This document shows, piece by piece, positions 53,474 to 63,142 of a stretch of 64,000 nt of DNA (within the stretch, counting starts at the first letter, position 1; every line of letters starts with the position of its first letter). This DNA comes from Cyanobium sp. CZS25K (GTDB taxonomy: Bacteria; Cyanobacteriota; Cyanobacteriia; PCC-6307; Cyanobiaceae): assembly GCA_030373325.1 (NCBI GenBank), contig JAUCZB010000003.1, positions 60,661 through 124,660 on the forward strand, written 5' to 3'. The translations under genes and the position numbers were made by a program. The notes below the pieces were generated by a model. That model worked only from the letters and a program-made list of their open reading frames with translations, had not been told where the DNA came from and made no database searches.

Positions 53474-55102
53474 TCAGGGCAGGGCGGGCAGGCGCGGACA
53501 GGCCTCCACCAGGGTGCGGGTGATCGCCGCCTGCGGATGGGCCAGAAGGTCGGCACCGGTTCCCTGCTCCACGACGCGGCCGCCATCGAGAACCAGAACG
53601 CGGTGGCAGAAACCGCCGGCCACCGAAAGGTCGTGGGTGATGAACAGCATGCCGAGGCCGAGCTGGCTCTGCAGGCGCCGCAGCAGGGCCAGCACGTCGG
53701 CCTGCACTTCGGCGTCCAGCATGCTGACACTTTCGTCGCAGAGCAGCACCTGGGGCTCCAGGATCAGGGCGCGGGCGATCGCCACCCGCTGCTGCTGGCC
53801 GCCCGAGAGCTGACGGGGCAGCCGGTCTTGGAAGGATTCGGGGGGATCCAGCCCCACCAGGGCCAGTTGCTGCCGGGCGCGGCGGCGGGCCTCCGGGCGG
53901 GGGGCCAGCCCATGGATCAGCAGGGGATCGGCCACCGCCTCCCCCACCGTCATCTGGGGGTTGAGGCAGGCCAGCGGGTCCTGGAAGACCATCTGCAGGC
54001 GGCGCCGGGCCCGCCGCAGGGGCCGGCCGTGCAGCTGGCGCAGGTCGACGCCCTGGAGCCGCACCGCCCCACCCCGCACCGGTGCCAGCCCCATCAGGGC
54101 ACGGCAGAGGCTGCTCTTGCCGCAGCCCGAAGCCCCCACCACACCGATGGTCTCGCCTTCGTGCAGGGTGAGGCTGACCCCGTCGACCGCCTTGATCCAG
54201 CGTTGCTGCCAGGGAAGGGAGGGCAGGGGGTGCCAGCTGCGCAGTTCCTCCACCTCGAGCAGCACCGGCGCGGCGGCGGGGGCCTGGCTGCGGCCGCCCT
54301 CCCGCAGGCGGGCGGCGCCCACCAGCCGCCGGGCCAGCGGGGAGGCCGGCGCCGTGAGCAGTTGGTGGCTGGGGGCCTCCTCCAACAGCCGCCCCTGATC
54401 GAGCACGGCGATGCGATCGCACCAGCGGCCGGCCATCGCCAGGTCGTGGCTGATCAGCAGCAGGGCGCTGCCGGTTTCGGTGCAGAGGTCGCTGAGCTGG
54501 GCCATCACCTGAGCGGCCACCGCCACATCGAGGCTGGTGGTGGGTTCATCGGCGATCACCAGGGGGGGATTCAGGGCCAGGGCCAGGGCGATGGCCAGCC
54601 GCTGGCGCATGCCGCCGCTGAATTCGTGCGGAAAGCTGCCGTAGCGCTCCGGGGCGATGCCCACCCGGGCCAGCAGCTCCTTCGCCCGTTGGCGACCCCC
54701 GCCGCGGTGGGCGGCCAGGGTGTCTCGCAGGTGTTCGCCGATGGTGAGCAAAGGGTTGAGCCGGGTCATCGGGTCCTGGAACACCAGGCCCACCGCCTCG
54801 CCCCGCAGCCGGCGCAGGGCGCCGCGCCTGAGCTGGCGGGGGTCCTGACCGGTCAGCAGCAGCTCTCCCTCGCAGACGCTGCCGGGGGGGAGCAACTGCA
54901 GCACGGCCTTGGCCACGGTGCTCTTGCCGCAGCCCGAGGGGCCCACCAGGGCCAGCCGCTCTCCGGCGCTCAGGGTGAGATCGAGCCCATCGAGGGTGGG
55001 TTGTTCGCTGCCGGGATAGCGCACCCGCAGGCCTCTCAGCCGGAGCACCGGGGCAGCCGCCGATGGTGGGCCTCCGTCGGGAAGGGCCGAAGATAACGCC
55101 AT
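53474..55102 (-). CDS. Fused double-domain ABC ATPase (dipeptide/oligopeptide type)
   Basis: Two Walker A ([16 protein letters not shown]), two 'VFQDP', signatures 'FSGGMRQR' and 'LSGGQQQR'. Confidence 0.93.
   Translation of the reverse strand: MALSSALPDGGPPSAAAPVLRLRGLRVRYPGSEQPTLDGLDLTLSAGERLALVGPSGCGKSTVAKAVLQLLPPGSVCEGELLLTGQDPRQLRRGALRRLRGEAVGLVFQDPMTRLNPLLTIGEHLRDTLAAHRGGGRQRAKELLARVGIAPERYGSFPHEFSGGMRQRLAIALALALNPPLVIADEPTTSLDVAVAAQVMAQLSDLCTETGSALLLISHDLAMAGRWCDRIAVLDQGRLLEEAPSHQLLTAPASPLARRLVGAARLREGGRSQAPAAAPVLLEVEELRSWHPLPSLPWQQRWIKAVDGVSLTLHEGETIGVVGASGCGKSSLCRALMGLAPVRGGAVRLQGVDLRQLHGRPLRRARRRLQMVFQDPLACLNPQMTVGEAVADPLLIHGLAPRPEARRRARQQLALVGLDPPESFQDRLPRQLSGGQQQRVAIARALILEPQVLLCDESVSMLDAEVQADVLALLRRLQSQLGLGMLFITHDLSVAGGFCHRVLVLDGGRVVEQGTGADLLAHPQAAITRTLVEACPRLPALP
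54965..55025. repeat. Direct repeat, copy A (ABC ATPase 5' region)
   Basis: 57/61 identical to 62926-62986. Confidence 0.92.
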
Positions 55103-55228
55103 GGCAGAGAGTGGATCCATCAGAGGCCCAAGCATGAGCGAATCACCAGCCTGGCGGCTGGCTGGGCCTTGGACAGGCCACTTCGGCTTCCTGTGACCTC
55201 CAGGTTGCGGATCTCGACACCTCTCCCC

Positions 55229-56105
55229 CAGGGCTCATTAGAAGTCATCCAGAAGCTTGTAGCTGAACAGGTTCTCGCCAGCCCAGAAGCTCTAACGAAC
55301 CCTTGATGTCGTGCGCCAGGGCAGCCAGTCCCTCGACGATGGACCAGAAACCATCAAGGCGCAGCGCATTCATCGCCAGGCTGCGGAGCGTGGCCATGAT
55401 CTGCACGCCGTTGGTCTCGCGGTAGCGGTGCGCGTCCTCTCTGAGCTGGGTGTCGCGGGGCCAGTGCCAGGAGTTCTCGATCGACCAGCGGTCTCGCACG
55501 TGGCGCAGCAGAGCCTCGGTGCCAGTGCGCAGACTGCTGACGTAGTAACTGGTCTCATCGATGGGTTTGCCATTGCGGGCGCCCTTGCTGCGCACCGCGA
55601 TCACCTTGGCACTGCCAGGCCAGTTCTCCACCACCCACTCCGGTGCTGGCATGCTCCAGAGCGTCCAGGTGATGTCACGACCGTGTTTGCGCTCGCGTTT
55701 GCTGGCCTGCAGCGGTGCCTTCCTGCCGTAGGTCAGGCGATCCTTGATCACCTGAAAGCCCTTGCGGCGGCTGTGTTTCACCGCGATCAGGAAGTCGGCA
55801 CCACGCTGTTCGAGGTTGAGGGAAAAGGGCGGTTCGCATGCAGCGCGTCCGCCTGCACCAGCAACCCCTCGAGATCAACCCGATCCAGCAGCTCGCGCAG
55901 CGCCGCGATCTCACCACCGGCATCGGTGGCATAGGTGCTCTGCTCGATCGCCACGCCGAGGCTGTTGGAATAGAGGCTGACCTGGGCAATGTAGACGCAG
56001 TCGGCCGGAGGCCATAACGCACTGCGCCGGTGGCGTTTTCATCGATTGACCCCCTGAGCGTCTTGCCGTCACAGACCAGGGTGTCGACGGGTTCGGCATC
56101 GCCGA
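55229..56105 (-). mobile_element. ISAs1-family IS remnant (5'-truncated, frameshifted)
   Basis: 'LVCDGKTLRGS', 'QADALH', 'ERKHGR', 'RWSIENSWHWPRDTQLREDA'; terminal CAGGGC at 55229; frameshifts near 55825 and 56000. Confidence 0.88.
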
Positions 56106-56115
56106 TCTGGGCGTA

Positions 56116-56412
56116 CGCGCCCTGCGCGAGTCAGTCATCCAGCGCAAGATCAGTCATGGCGTCCAGTCCGCCAGCGGTGCCGTTTGCCGCAGCCGCCTGC
56201 TCACGGCCACGACAACGCTCAGGCAGCAGGGTCGGGACCTGTGGCAGTTCCTGGAGCAAGTATGGATCGCCCATCACCGCGGTGGCGTGATGCCCTCACT
56301 GCTGCCCGATCGCTGAAGTGGCGGTCACACGAATCAGATCCGAGTCCTCTCCTCAGAGGGGCGATCGGGTGGTGATTGTCGCGATGGGGCATCACGCCCC
56401 CTGAACACATAC
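56116..56412 (+). mobile_element. IS66-family 3' remnant
   Basis: 56116-56316 translates RALRESVIQRKISHGVQSASGAVCRSRLLTATTTLRQQGRDLWQFLEQ...PSLLPDR*; ends ...CCCCTGAACACATAC, like an IS66 terminus. Confidence 0.8.
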
Positions 56413-56436
56413 AGCTAATCTAATCAGCAAAAGGAT

Positions 56437-59400
56437 TTATGCCGTGATTAGAGGAATAGCATCCCCATGTCCAAGAGGGATAAGGAAGTCAGTCATTTGC
56501 TGAAGGCTTTGGTAGTTAGCATATTGAATGTTGCCATCAGCGTGCATATAGGCATGAAGATAGGACGTGCCATCCAGAACCTTCCAGTAGGTTTCCATTA
56601 AGCCATCACCATTGTAATCAGCTGAAGCCTTGAGCTGCAAATTGTCGGTCCTTAGGTCGTTCTGAAAGCGTTGCTGGCTGTCAAAGGGGCCAAAGCGTTT
56701 GGGAGCCACTTCACCGCTTAGCAGGAAACCATTATTTGTTTCTCCTTCAGCTACGAGAGGATCAATGTAAATCCCGACAACACGAGTGCTTCCTCCACTG
56801 CCATGCCGTGAGTAGTCCGCTTGGCCCGTGATCGGATCAAGGTTGACCGTGGACCAACGTGAACTGACCCTGTTTGTGAAAATCTGCTCAGGATTCCCAT
56901 CACCGTTCACATCAGCCTGACCTTGATACTTGTAAGAGTCCTCGGTTCCAGGTCCATAGCTACCGCCGTGAGGATTCCCGCTAAAATCGCTGATTGGATT
57001 ACCGAAAGGAACCTGTTGTGAAAGAGAATATAGATTATCAAGTATAAAAGGGAGTGCACCTTCACGCGCAGCACGAAAGGAGTTGAAGGCGCCAGGCTCC
57101 TGGAAGCTGGAGGGGGAATCCTTGATGACAGACCCCAAGAACGCCCCTTCGCTCACCGTGGCCGTGATACTGGTGAGGCTCAAGCCAAAATACTCACTGT
57201 TTTCTACGACGGAATCAGTGAGGCTCGTAATTGCAAAGCTGAGAAGTTGCCCCCCAGCCGCCAGATCTGCGCCACTGGTGTTAGTGGCCGTCACCGTCAC
57301 CGCCTTGGTGATTGGGTCGATGCTGATGCCGCTCAGCGTTATTCCCGTCCCGGCTCTCAGCGCACCAGGCTTCAATGCGGCGAAATCGATTCCTTCGATG
57401 GCGGTGCCACTCGAGGAATCCAGCGTGAATGTCACGCTGCCGCCTACACCCAAAGCCACACCATCCAATGAGACTTCATAGTTGGCGGACCGACCTTCCT
57501 CCATCAGGGGAGGTGCGGTAGCGGTGAGCTTGATCACCGCGGTGTCGTTATCGGTGATGGTTGTCGTGATGGAACCGGCGCTCACCGTGGCGTTGGTGCT
57601 GGTGAGAGATACCGAGAAGGTTTCCGAGCCTTCCGCGAATGAATCACCCGTGGTGGGGATCGAGATGCTGAGGAGCTGGGATCCAGCCGCCAGGGAGCCG
57701 GCACTGGTGTTGGTGGCCGTCAGCGTCACCGCCTTGGTCACCGGGTCGGTGCTGATTCCGCTCAGCGTCACACCGGCCCCGGCGGTGATGCCCGCAGCGA
57801 GAAGCGCTGCGAAATCGAGACCTTCTGTGGCAGTGCCACTGGCGGAATCGAGGGTGAGGGTGACGCTCTGGCCGGCACCGAGGCCTACGCCATCAAGGGA
57901 GACGGCGTAGGTGGCATTGGCACCTTCCAGAACGGAGGCCGAACCGCCCAGGCGGATCACGGCGGTATTGCCGTCGTTGATCGCGGTGGTGATGGAGCCG
58001 GACCCGTTGGCGCCGCCCAGGGAAAGGGAATAGGTCTCGGTGCCTTCCACGATCGAATCGGAGTTGGCGGCGAGCGAGAAGGAGAGGATCGAGGCGCCAA
58101 CTGGAAGATCCGCACCGCTGGTGTTGGTGGCAGTGGCGGTGATCGTGCCGTTGGCAGCGGTGCTGATGGCGCTGAGGGTGATGCCGGATGCTGCGGTCAG
58201 CCTGGCGGCAGTGAGAGCAGCGAAATCCAGCCCTTCTGCGGCGGTGCCGCTGGCGGAATCGAGGGTGAAGGAAACGGAGCGACCTGCGCCAAGCCCAACG
58301 CCATCAAGGGCGAGGGAATAGGAGGCGTTGGCCCCTTCTGCGACGGAGGCGGAGCCGGTGAGCTTGAGGGCAGGTGCGTCGTCATCGGTGATGGTGGTGA
58401 GGACGCTGGCGGGTCCCTCCACCGTCACTCCCGTTCCGCCGGTGAGGTTGAGGGAGAAGGATTCGTTGGCCTCGGCGATCAGGTCGTTGGTGGTGGTGAT
58501 CCCAAAGGACAGGAGCGCGGAGCCAGCGGCCAGATCCGCAGCGCTTGTGTTGGTGGCGGTGAGGGTGATCGTGCCGTTGGCAGCGGTGGTGATGCCGCTG
58601 AGGGTGATGCCCGTTGAGGCGGTGAGACCGGCGGCGACCAAGGCGTTGAAGTCGAGCCCTTCTGTGGCTGTACCGCTGGCGGAATCCAGGGTGAGGGTGA
58701 GGGATCGACCGGCACCGAGGCCGACCCCATCGAGAGAGACGGCATAGGCTGCTGCCGATCCTTCGGCGACGGTGGTGGAGCCGGTGAGCTTCACAACGGC
58801 GACATTGCTGTCGATGATGGTGGTGGTCACCGTCTGGGGCTGAATGAAGCCCCCCAGGGTGAGGCCGAAAGTTTCATCAACCTCAGCGATGAGATCGACC
58901 TGAATCGGCAGCGCCAAGGTGGCAATCGTGGATCCAGAGGCGAAGTTCTTCGTGGCCGATGCCACGGCCCGAATCATCCCGGTCGCCGCATCAACAGTCA
59001 CATCCTGAAGGGCAATGCCGTCTACCCCTCGGAGAGAATTCTGCGCAAGGGAGGCCAGATCAGAGGCGAACTGGGCGCTGCCGTTGCTGAGCTGGAGGGA
59101 GAAGGCCACGCTTTGGCCCTGTTGCAGGCCGTTGCCGGCCAGGTCGATGGCATAGGACGCCGTACGGCCCTCAACGAAGGCTGCAGCAGCCGGGGTGAGT
59201 TTCAGCTTTTCAACCAGATCAAGATTGATGTCGTTGAACTGAATGAATTCAAAGCCGCGAACGGTGTTCTCGATGGCGGTGTTGCTGAGGCTGGTGGATG
59301 CGTTCCAGGTGGTGTAATCGCTGGAAGCATCGCTGAGATCCAGGCCATTGCCCGCTGGATCAACCTTCTGAACGCTCCAGTCGCTGTAGCGGCCATAGAG

Positions 59401-62400
59401 GAACAGGGTGTCGATGCCATCGCCGCCCAGAAACTGGGTTTTGTAGGGCAGGAATCCATACACGTAGTCGTTGCCGCTGCCGGCATCAACGACGGAGTCG
59501 TAGTAGTCAGGCCGGTTGTAGCTGGGGGGATCCTGAGGAGTGAAGCGAATATATTCACTGTTCTCGAAGGACTGGATATTGATGACATCGTTCCCGTCTC
59601 CCGTTCGGATGGTGGCCTTGTAGGCTCCATGACCGAATTGGACAAACGGCGTAACCGAATCTCGCGGATCTTCTGGATCGAGGGGAGTGGGGAAGATAAC
59701 TTGAATCAGATCGTTGCCGCCACCGGTATCGAGAGTGGCGAAGGCGATCGCATCGTTGAGCCTGATGCTGTTGGCGGCATCGCCTGTGCTCACCAAGATC
59801 GGATCGTTCTCTGATCCGGCTAACCCCGCGAAGGGGGGGGCACCAGGGGCATCACCATTCAGCTGAAGCCACTCGGCTGGTGTGAGGGAATTGGAGATCA
59901 GACCACTGCGACTGCCGATTGTTGTGGTGACGGAACCGTTGCTTACCGTCGCTCCTGCTGGAGGCGACGACAGCGTCACGGCAAAGGTTTCATTCGTTTC
60001 GGCAATGGCATCGGCGTTGGTGACGACAGAGAAGCTGAGTAGCTGGGATCCTGCGGCCAGGGAACCAGCACTGGTGTTGGTGACAGTGAGTGTGATGGCC
60101 TTGGAGACGGGGTCGGTCCTGATGGCACTGAAGGCAACGCCGGCAGCCGGCTGGAGATTGGCAGCCAGGAGGGCAGCAAAATCGAGGCCTTCTGTGGCGG
60201 TACCACTGACGGAATCAAGGGTGAGGGTGACGCTCTGGCCGGCCAGTAGGCCGCTGCCGTCCAGCGTCACGGCGTAGGCCGCCGATTGCCCCTCAACCAC
60301 GGACGCCTGTCCGCTGAGGGCAATGGTGGGCGTGGGCACCAGATCGTTGATCGTGGTCGTGACCACCCCGCTGCTGACCACCGCCGTGCTGCTGGAGAGG
60401 GTGACGCCGAAGGTTTCGTTCCCCTCCACCACCGAATCGGTGGTGATCGGCACTTGCAGAGTCAGCAGCGTGGCGCCCACCGCCAGGGCGGCCCCGCTGA
60501 TGTTTGTGGCGGTGACTGTCACGGTGCCATCGGCGGCGGTGCTGATGCCGCTGAGCTGGATGCCACCCGCTTTCTGCAGGCCTGTGGCGATAAGGGCGGC
60601 AAAATCTGCACCTTCCGTGGCGGTGCCGCCGGCCGAATCGAGGCGGAAGGTCACACTGCGGCCGATGGCGAGGCCGACGCCATCGAGAACGACGGCGTAG
60701 TCGGCAGTTGATCCTTCCGTGACCGTGGCAGATCCGTTGAGCCTGATGGTGACGGGCAGCACGTTGCTGATCGTGGTGATCTCCGTCTGGGCTTGCACGA
60801 AGTCCGTCAGGGTGACGCTGAAGGTTTCGTCCGGCTCCGTCAGCAGGTCCACCGTGACCGGCAGGGTCAGGGTGGCGATGGGGGCGGCCGTGGCGAACGC
60901 CCGGCTGGCTGTGGCCACCGCCCGGATCAGGCCGGTGCCGGCATCCACGCTCACATTGCGCAACACGATGCCGGCGGCGGCCTGCAGCGAGTTCAGGAAC
61001 AGTGCCGCCAGATCGGTGGAGAACTGGGCGGTGTCATTACCCAGCTGCAGGGAGAACGCAACGCTCTCGCCGTTCGCCAGGCCGCTGCCACTGAGACCGA
61101 TCGAGTAGATGGCCGCCGAACCCTCTGCCACCGCTGCGGCGGGCCCAGTGAGGCTGAGCGTCTGCAGGGCATCCAGGTTGATGTCGCTGAACTGGATCGA
61201 CTGGAAGCCGGTGAAGCTGTTGCCGGAGCCATCGGTGAAGGTGACGGCCCCACCGGTGTTGCTGGAGGTCAGGGCGAAGCTGGCAAAGCTGCCCGGCAGC
61301 AGCAGGGTGTCGCCAGCATTGCCCCCACCGTCGAAAGCCGTGTCTGTCGTTGCGGTGGTGACCTCGACGACGTCCCGGCCCGTGCCGCCGAAGATGCTCG
61401 AATTGCTGACCGTGCTGAGGATGATGTTGTCATCACCCTCACCCCCGAGCGCGCTGGCGCGGGAGAAGGTGCCATTCACCTTCAGCTGATCAGAACCACT
61501 GCCGAGGTCAACCGTGGCCTGATCCACATTGCCGATCTCGACGATATCGTTGCCAGCTTCGGTGTTCAACGATGCGAACCGAAGCGCCCCAACGAGAAAA
61601 GGGGTGTCGTTGGCGTCACCCGTGAACACATCGGTGGCATCCGTCGCCGTGCCGGTGATTCCCTGGATCTTGGTGCGGTTGAAGCGAAAGGCTTCCCAGA
61701 GATCGGAACCACTGGCAATGTCGGAGTTGAGCTCCGGAGCCTGGGGCTCGCTGCCGGTCAGGAAGTAATCAGGTTGTCCGTAAACAACGCTGCTTTCCAG
61801 CTGCCGATACAGAACGAGATCAAACAGGATGTCGCCGAAGAGGATGCGTTCAAACCCGAAGATCCTGTTATTGTTCGACGTGGCGATATAGTCACTTTCG
61901 TTCAGAATGGATGCCAGGGTGACGCTGCCGTCGCCATCGCCGTCGCGGAATTCGATATCCCAGTCGAATCGGGATCCCTTCAGTTCAATGGTATCGCCAA
62001 AGGGAACTTCCTCTAGGGTGAGGCTGTCACTCAGGGTGACTGCGACGCCGAGACCTGAGGGGTCATGGATGGCATCGCGGTAGGCCGTGTTGGTGCCGCC
62101 CTTGAACACGGATTGCCAGGGCATCAGGGCGACAACCAGATCGTCGCCAGCACCAGCAAAAATGTTGGACTGGAAGATATAGCCCTGGCTGGCCTCCTTG
62201 TTGACGACGGCGCTGAGCGATTGGGTGATGCCGCTGCCGCTCAGAGTGAAAACATCGTTGCCATCTCCCAGGCGGATGGTCGTCAGGTTGAGGGCATTGC
62301 TGTAGGTGCCGCCAGGGAGCGTTCCGGGCGGATAACCGATGGCAATCAGGTAATCGTCTACCGTAGGAGGGGCAGAGGCGATATTGGTGGTTTGGTAGGA

Positions 62401-62640
62401 GGTGTAGCCAAAAGGTATTTTGAAGCCGTCACTGTCCCTCTTGAAGGTGACAGCATTTGTGGTCGGATCAATGGACTCGACCAGGAAATAGATGCCGTAT
62501 TCATCGGGTTGTGCGACGGTGAAGGCCGGGATGGGAACCGGAAGCAGGCTCGCCAGGGCGGTCTGAAACGGCACCAGGATCGAGGTGCTCGGGGCGAGGG
62601 TGACGTTGCCGAGACCGCCCTTCCAGTTGAGAACAACCAT
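56437..62640 (-). CDS. Giant surface protein/adhesin (~2067 aa) with RTX-like Ca-binding repeats and 8 Calx-beta/Ig-like repeats
   Basis: GxGxD repeats (GDGND, GAGDD, GGEGDD, GGTGRD, GSGND); ~140-aa units 'L.LTG...V.EG..A.Y...D...E..ETF.V.L'; C-terminal domain with two DxNGDG; no signal peptide. Confidence 0.88.
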   Translation of the reverse strand: MVVLNWKGGLGNVTLAPSTSILVPFQTALASLLPVPIPAFTVAQPDEYGIYFLVESIDPTTNAVTFKRDSDGFKIPFGYTSYQTTNIASAPPTVDDYLIAIGYPPGTLPGGTYSNALNLTTIRLGDGNDVFTLSGSGITQSLSAVVNKEASQGYIFQSNIFAGAGDDLVVALMPWQSVFKGGTNTAYRDAIHDPSGLGVAVTLSDSLTLEEVPFGDTIELKGSRFDWDIEFRDGDGDGSVTLASILNESDYIATSNNNRIFGFERILFGDILFDLVLYRQLESSVVYGQPDYFLTGSEPQAPELNSDIASGSDLWEAFRFNRTKIQGITGTATDATDVFTGDANDTPFLVGALRFASLNTEAGNDIVEIGNVDQATVDLGSGSDQLKVNGTFSRASALGGEGDDNIILSTVSNSSIFGGTGRDVVEVTTATTDTAFDGGGNAGDTLLLPGSFASFALTSSNTGGAVTFTDGSGNSFTGFQSIQFSDINLDALQTLSLTGPAAAVAEGSAAIYSIGLSGSGLANGESVAFSLQLGNDTAQFSTDLAALFLNSLQAAAGIVLRNVSVDAGTGLIRAVATASRAFATAAPIATLTLPVTVDLLTEPDETFSVTLTDFVQAQTEITTISNVLPVTIRLNGSATVTEGSTADYAVVLDGVGLAIGRSVTFRLDSAGGTATEGADFAALIATGLQKAGGIQLSGISTAADGTVTVTATNISGAALAVGATLLTLQVPITTDSVVEGNETFGVTLSSSTAVVSSGVVTTTINDLVPTPTIALSGQASVVEGQSAAYAVTLDGSGLLAGQSVTLTLDSVSGTATEGLDFAALLAANLQPAAGVAFSAIRTDPVSKAITLTVTNTSAGSLAAGSQLLSFSVVTNADAIAETNETFAVTLSSPPAGATVSNGSVTTTIGSRSGLISNSLTPAEWLQLNGDAPGAPPFAGLAGSENDPILVSTGDAANSIRLNDAIAFATLDTGGGNDLIQVIFPTPLDPEDPRDSVTPFVQFGHGAYKATIRTGDGNDVINIQSFENSEYIRFTPQDPPSYNRPDYYDSVVDAGSGNDYVYGFLPYKTQFLGGDGIDTLFLYGRYSDWSVQKVDPAGNGLDLSDASSDYTTWNASTSLSNTAIENTVRGFEFIQFNDINLDLVEKLKLTPAAAAFVEGRTASYAIDLAGNGLQQGQSVAFSLQLSNGSAQFASDLASLAQNSLRGVDGIALQDVTVDAATGMIRAVASATKNFASGSTIATLALPIQVDLIAEVDETFGLTLGGFIQPQTVTTTIIDSNVAVVKLTGSTTVAEGSAAAYAVSLDGVGLGAGRSLTLTLDSASGTATEGLDFNALVAAGLTASTGITLSGITTAANGTITLTATNTSAADLAAGSALLSFGITTTNDLIAEANESFSLNLTGGTGVTVEGPASVLTTITDDDAPALKLTGSASVAEGANASYSLALDGVGLGAGRSVSFTLDSASGTAAEGLDFAALTAARLTAASGITLSAISTAANGTITATATNTSGADLPVGASILSFSLAANSDSIVEGTETYSLSLGGANGSGSITTAINDGNTAVIRLGGSASVLEGANATYAVSLDGVGLGAGQSVTLTLDSASGTATEGLDFAALLAAGITAGAGVTLSGISTDPVTKAVTLTATNTSAGSLAAGSQLLSISIPTTGDSFAEGSETFSVSLTSTNATVSAGSITTTITDNDTAVIKLTATAPPLMEEGRSANYEVSLDGVALGVGGSVTFTLDSSSGTAIEGIDFAALKPGALRAGTGITLSGISIDPITKAVTVTATNTSGADLAAGGQLLSFAITSLTDSVVENSEYFGLSLTSITATVSEGAFLGSVIKDSPSSFQEPGAFNSFRAAREGALPFILDNLYSLSQQVPFGNPISDFSGNPHGGSYGPGTEDSYKYQGQADVNGDGNPEQIFTNRVSSRWSTVNLDPITGQADYSRHGSGGSTRVVGIYIDPLVAEGETNNGFLLSGEVAPKRFGPFDSQQRFQNDLRTDNLQLKASADYNGDGLMETYWKVLDGTSYLHAYMHADGNIQYANYQSLQQMTDFLIPLGHGDAIPLITA

Positions 62641-62925
62641 TGCTCGAACCGTCAATTCAGAATCAAATTCTACCTTGCCATGAAGGCTCAGCAAGGCTCG
62701 CCAAGGTTTAATCTGTTTCTATTTTTCTACTAAGAAATCGCTACTTGCTGTCCTGGAGGATGCAGGTGTCATCGAGTGGCTCATCCCTGGACGTGACAAG
62801 CGGGCGAAGCATCCCAATGGGGCGACCTGGCTTGGGTGGACAGGCCAAAGCCACCGCTGCCGGTTCCGGTCCGAACGGTGGGTGGCGGGGAAGCGAATGG
62901 AGCTCCCTTGCACCAAAGCTAGGGA

Positions 62926-63045
62926 GGCGCTCAAGGTGAGATCGAGCCCATCGAGGGTGGGCTGTTCACTGCCGGGGTAGCGCACCAGCAGATGGCCGAT
63001 CCGCAGTACCGGCGCCGCTTGGATGGTCGGAACGGGCAGGGCCAT
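62926..63045 (-). pseudogene. Orphan duplicate 5' end of the ABC ATPase gene (direct repeat copy B)
   Basis: [40 protein letters not shown] versus ...[31 protein letters not shown] in the intact gene. Confidence 0.88.
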
Positions 63046-63142
63046 GGACGACGCCGGCGACGAGCAGTCTGGATGGCCGAATGCGCAAATCCCGTGGTTC
63101 GTGACGATTGCCCCATACCATGGGGGCACCCTGAAGGGTGTG

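Noticed and set aside
57400-61150. Adhesin DNA repeats as a DGR template/variable pair or CRISPR
   Set aside because: They are in-frame domain repeats; no reverse transcriptase, and no adenine-specific pattern was evident
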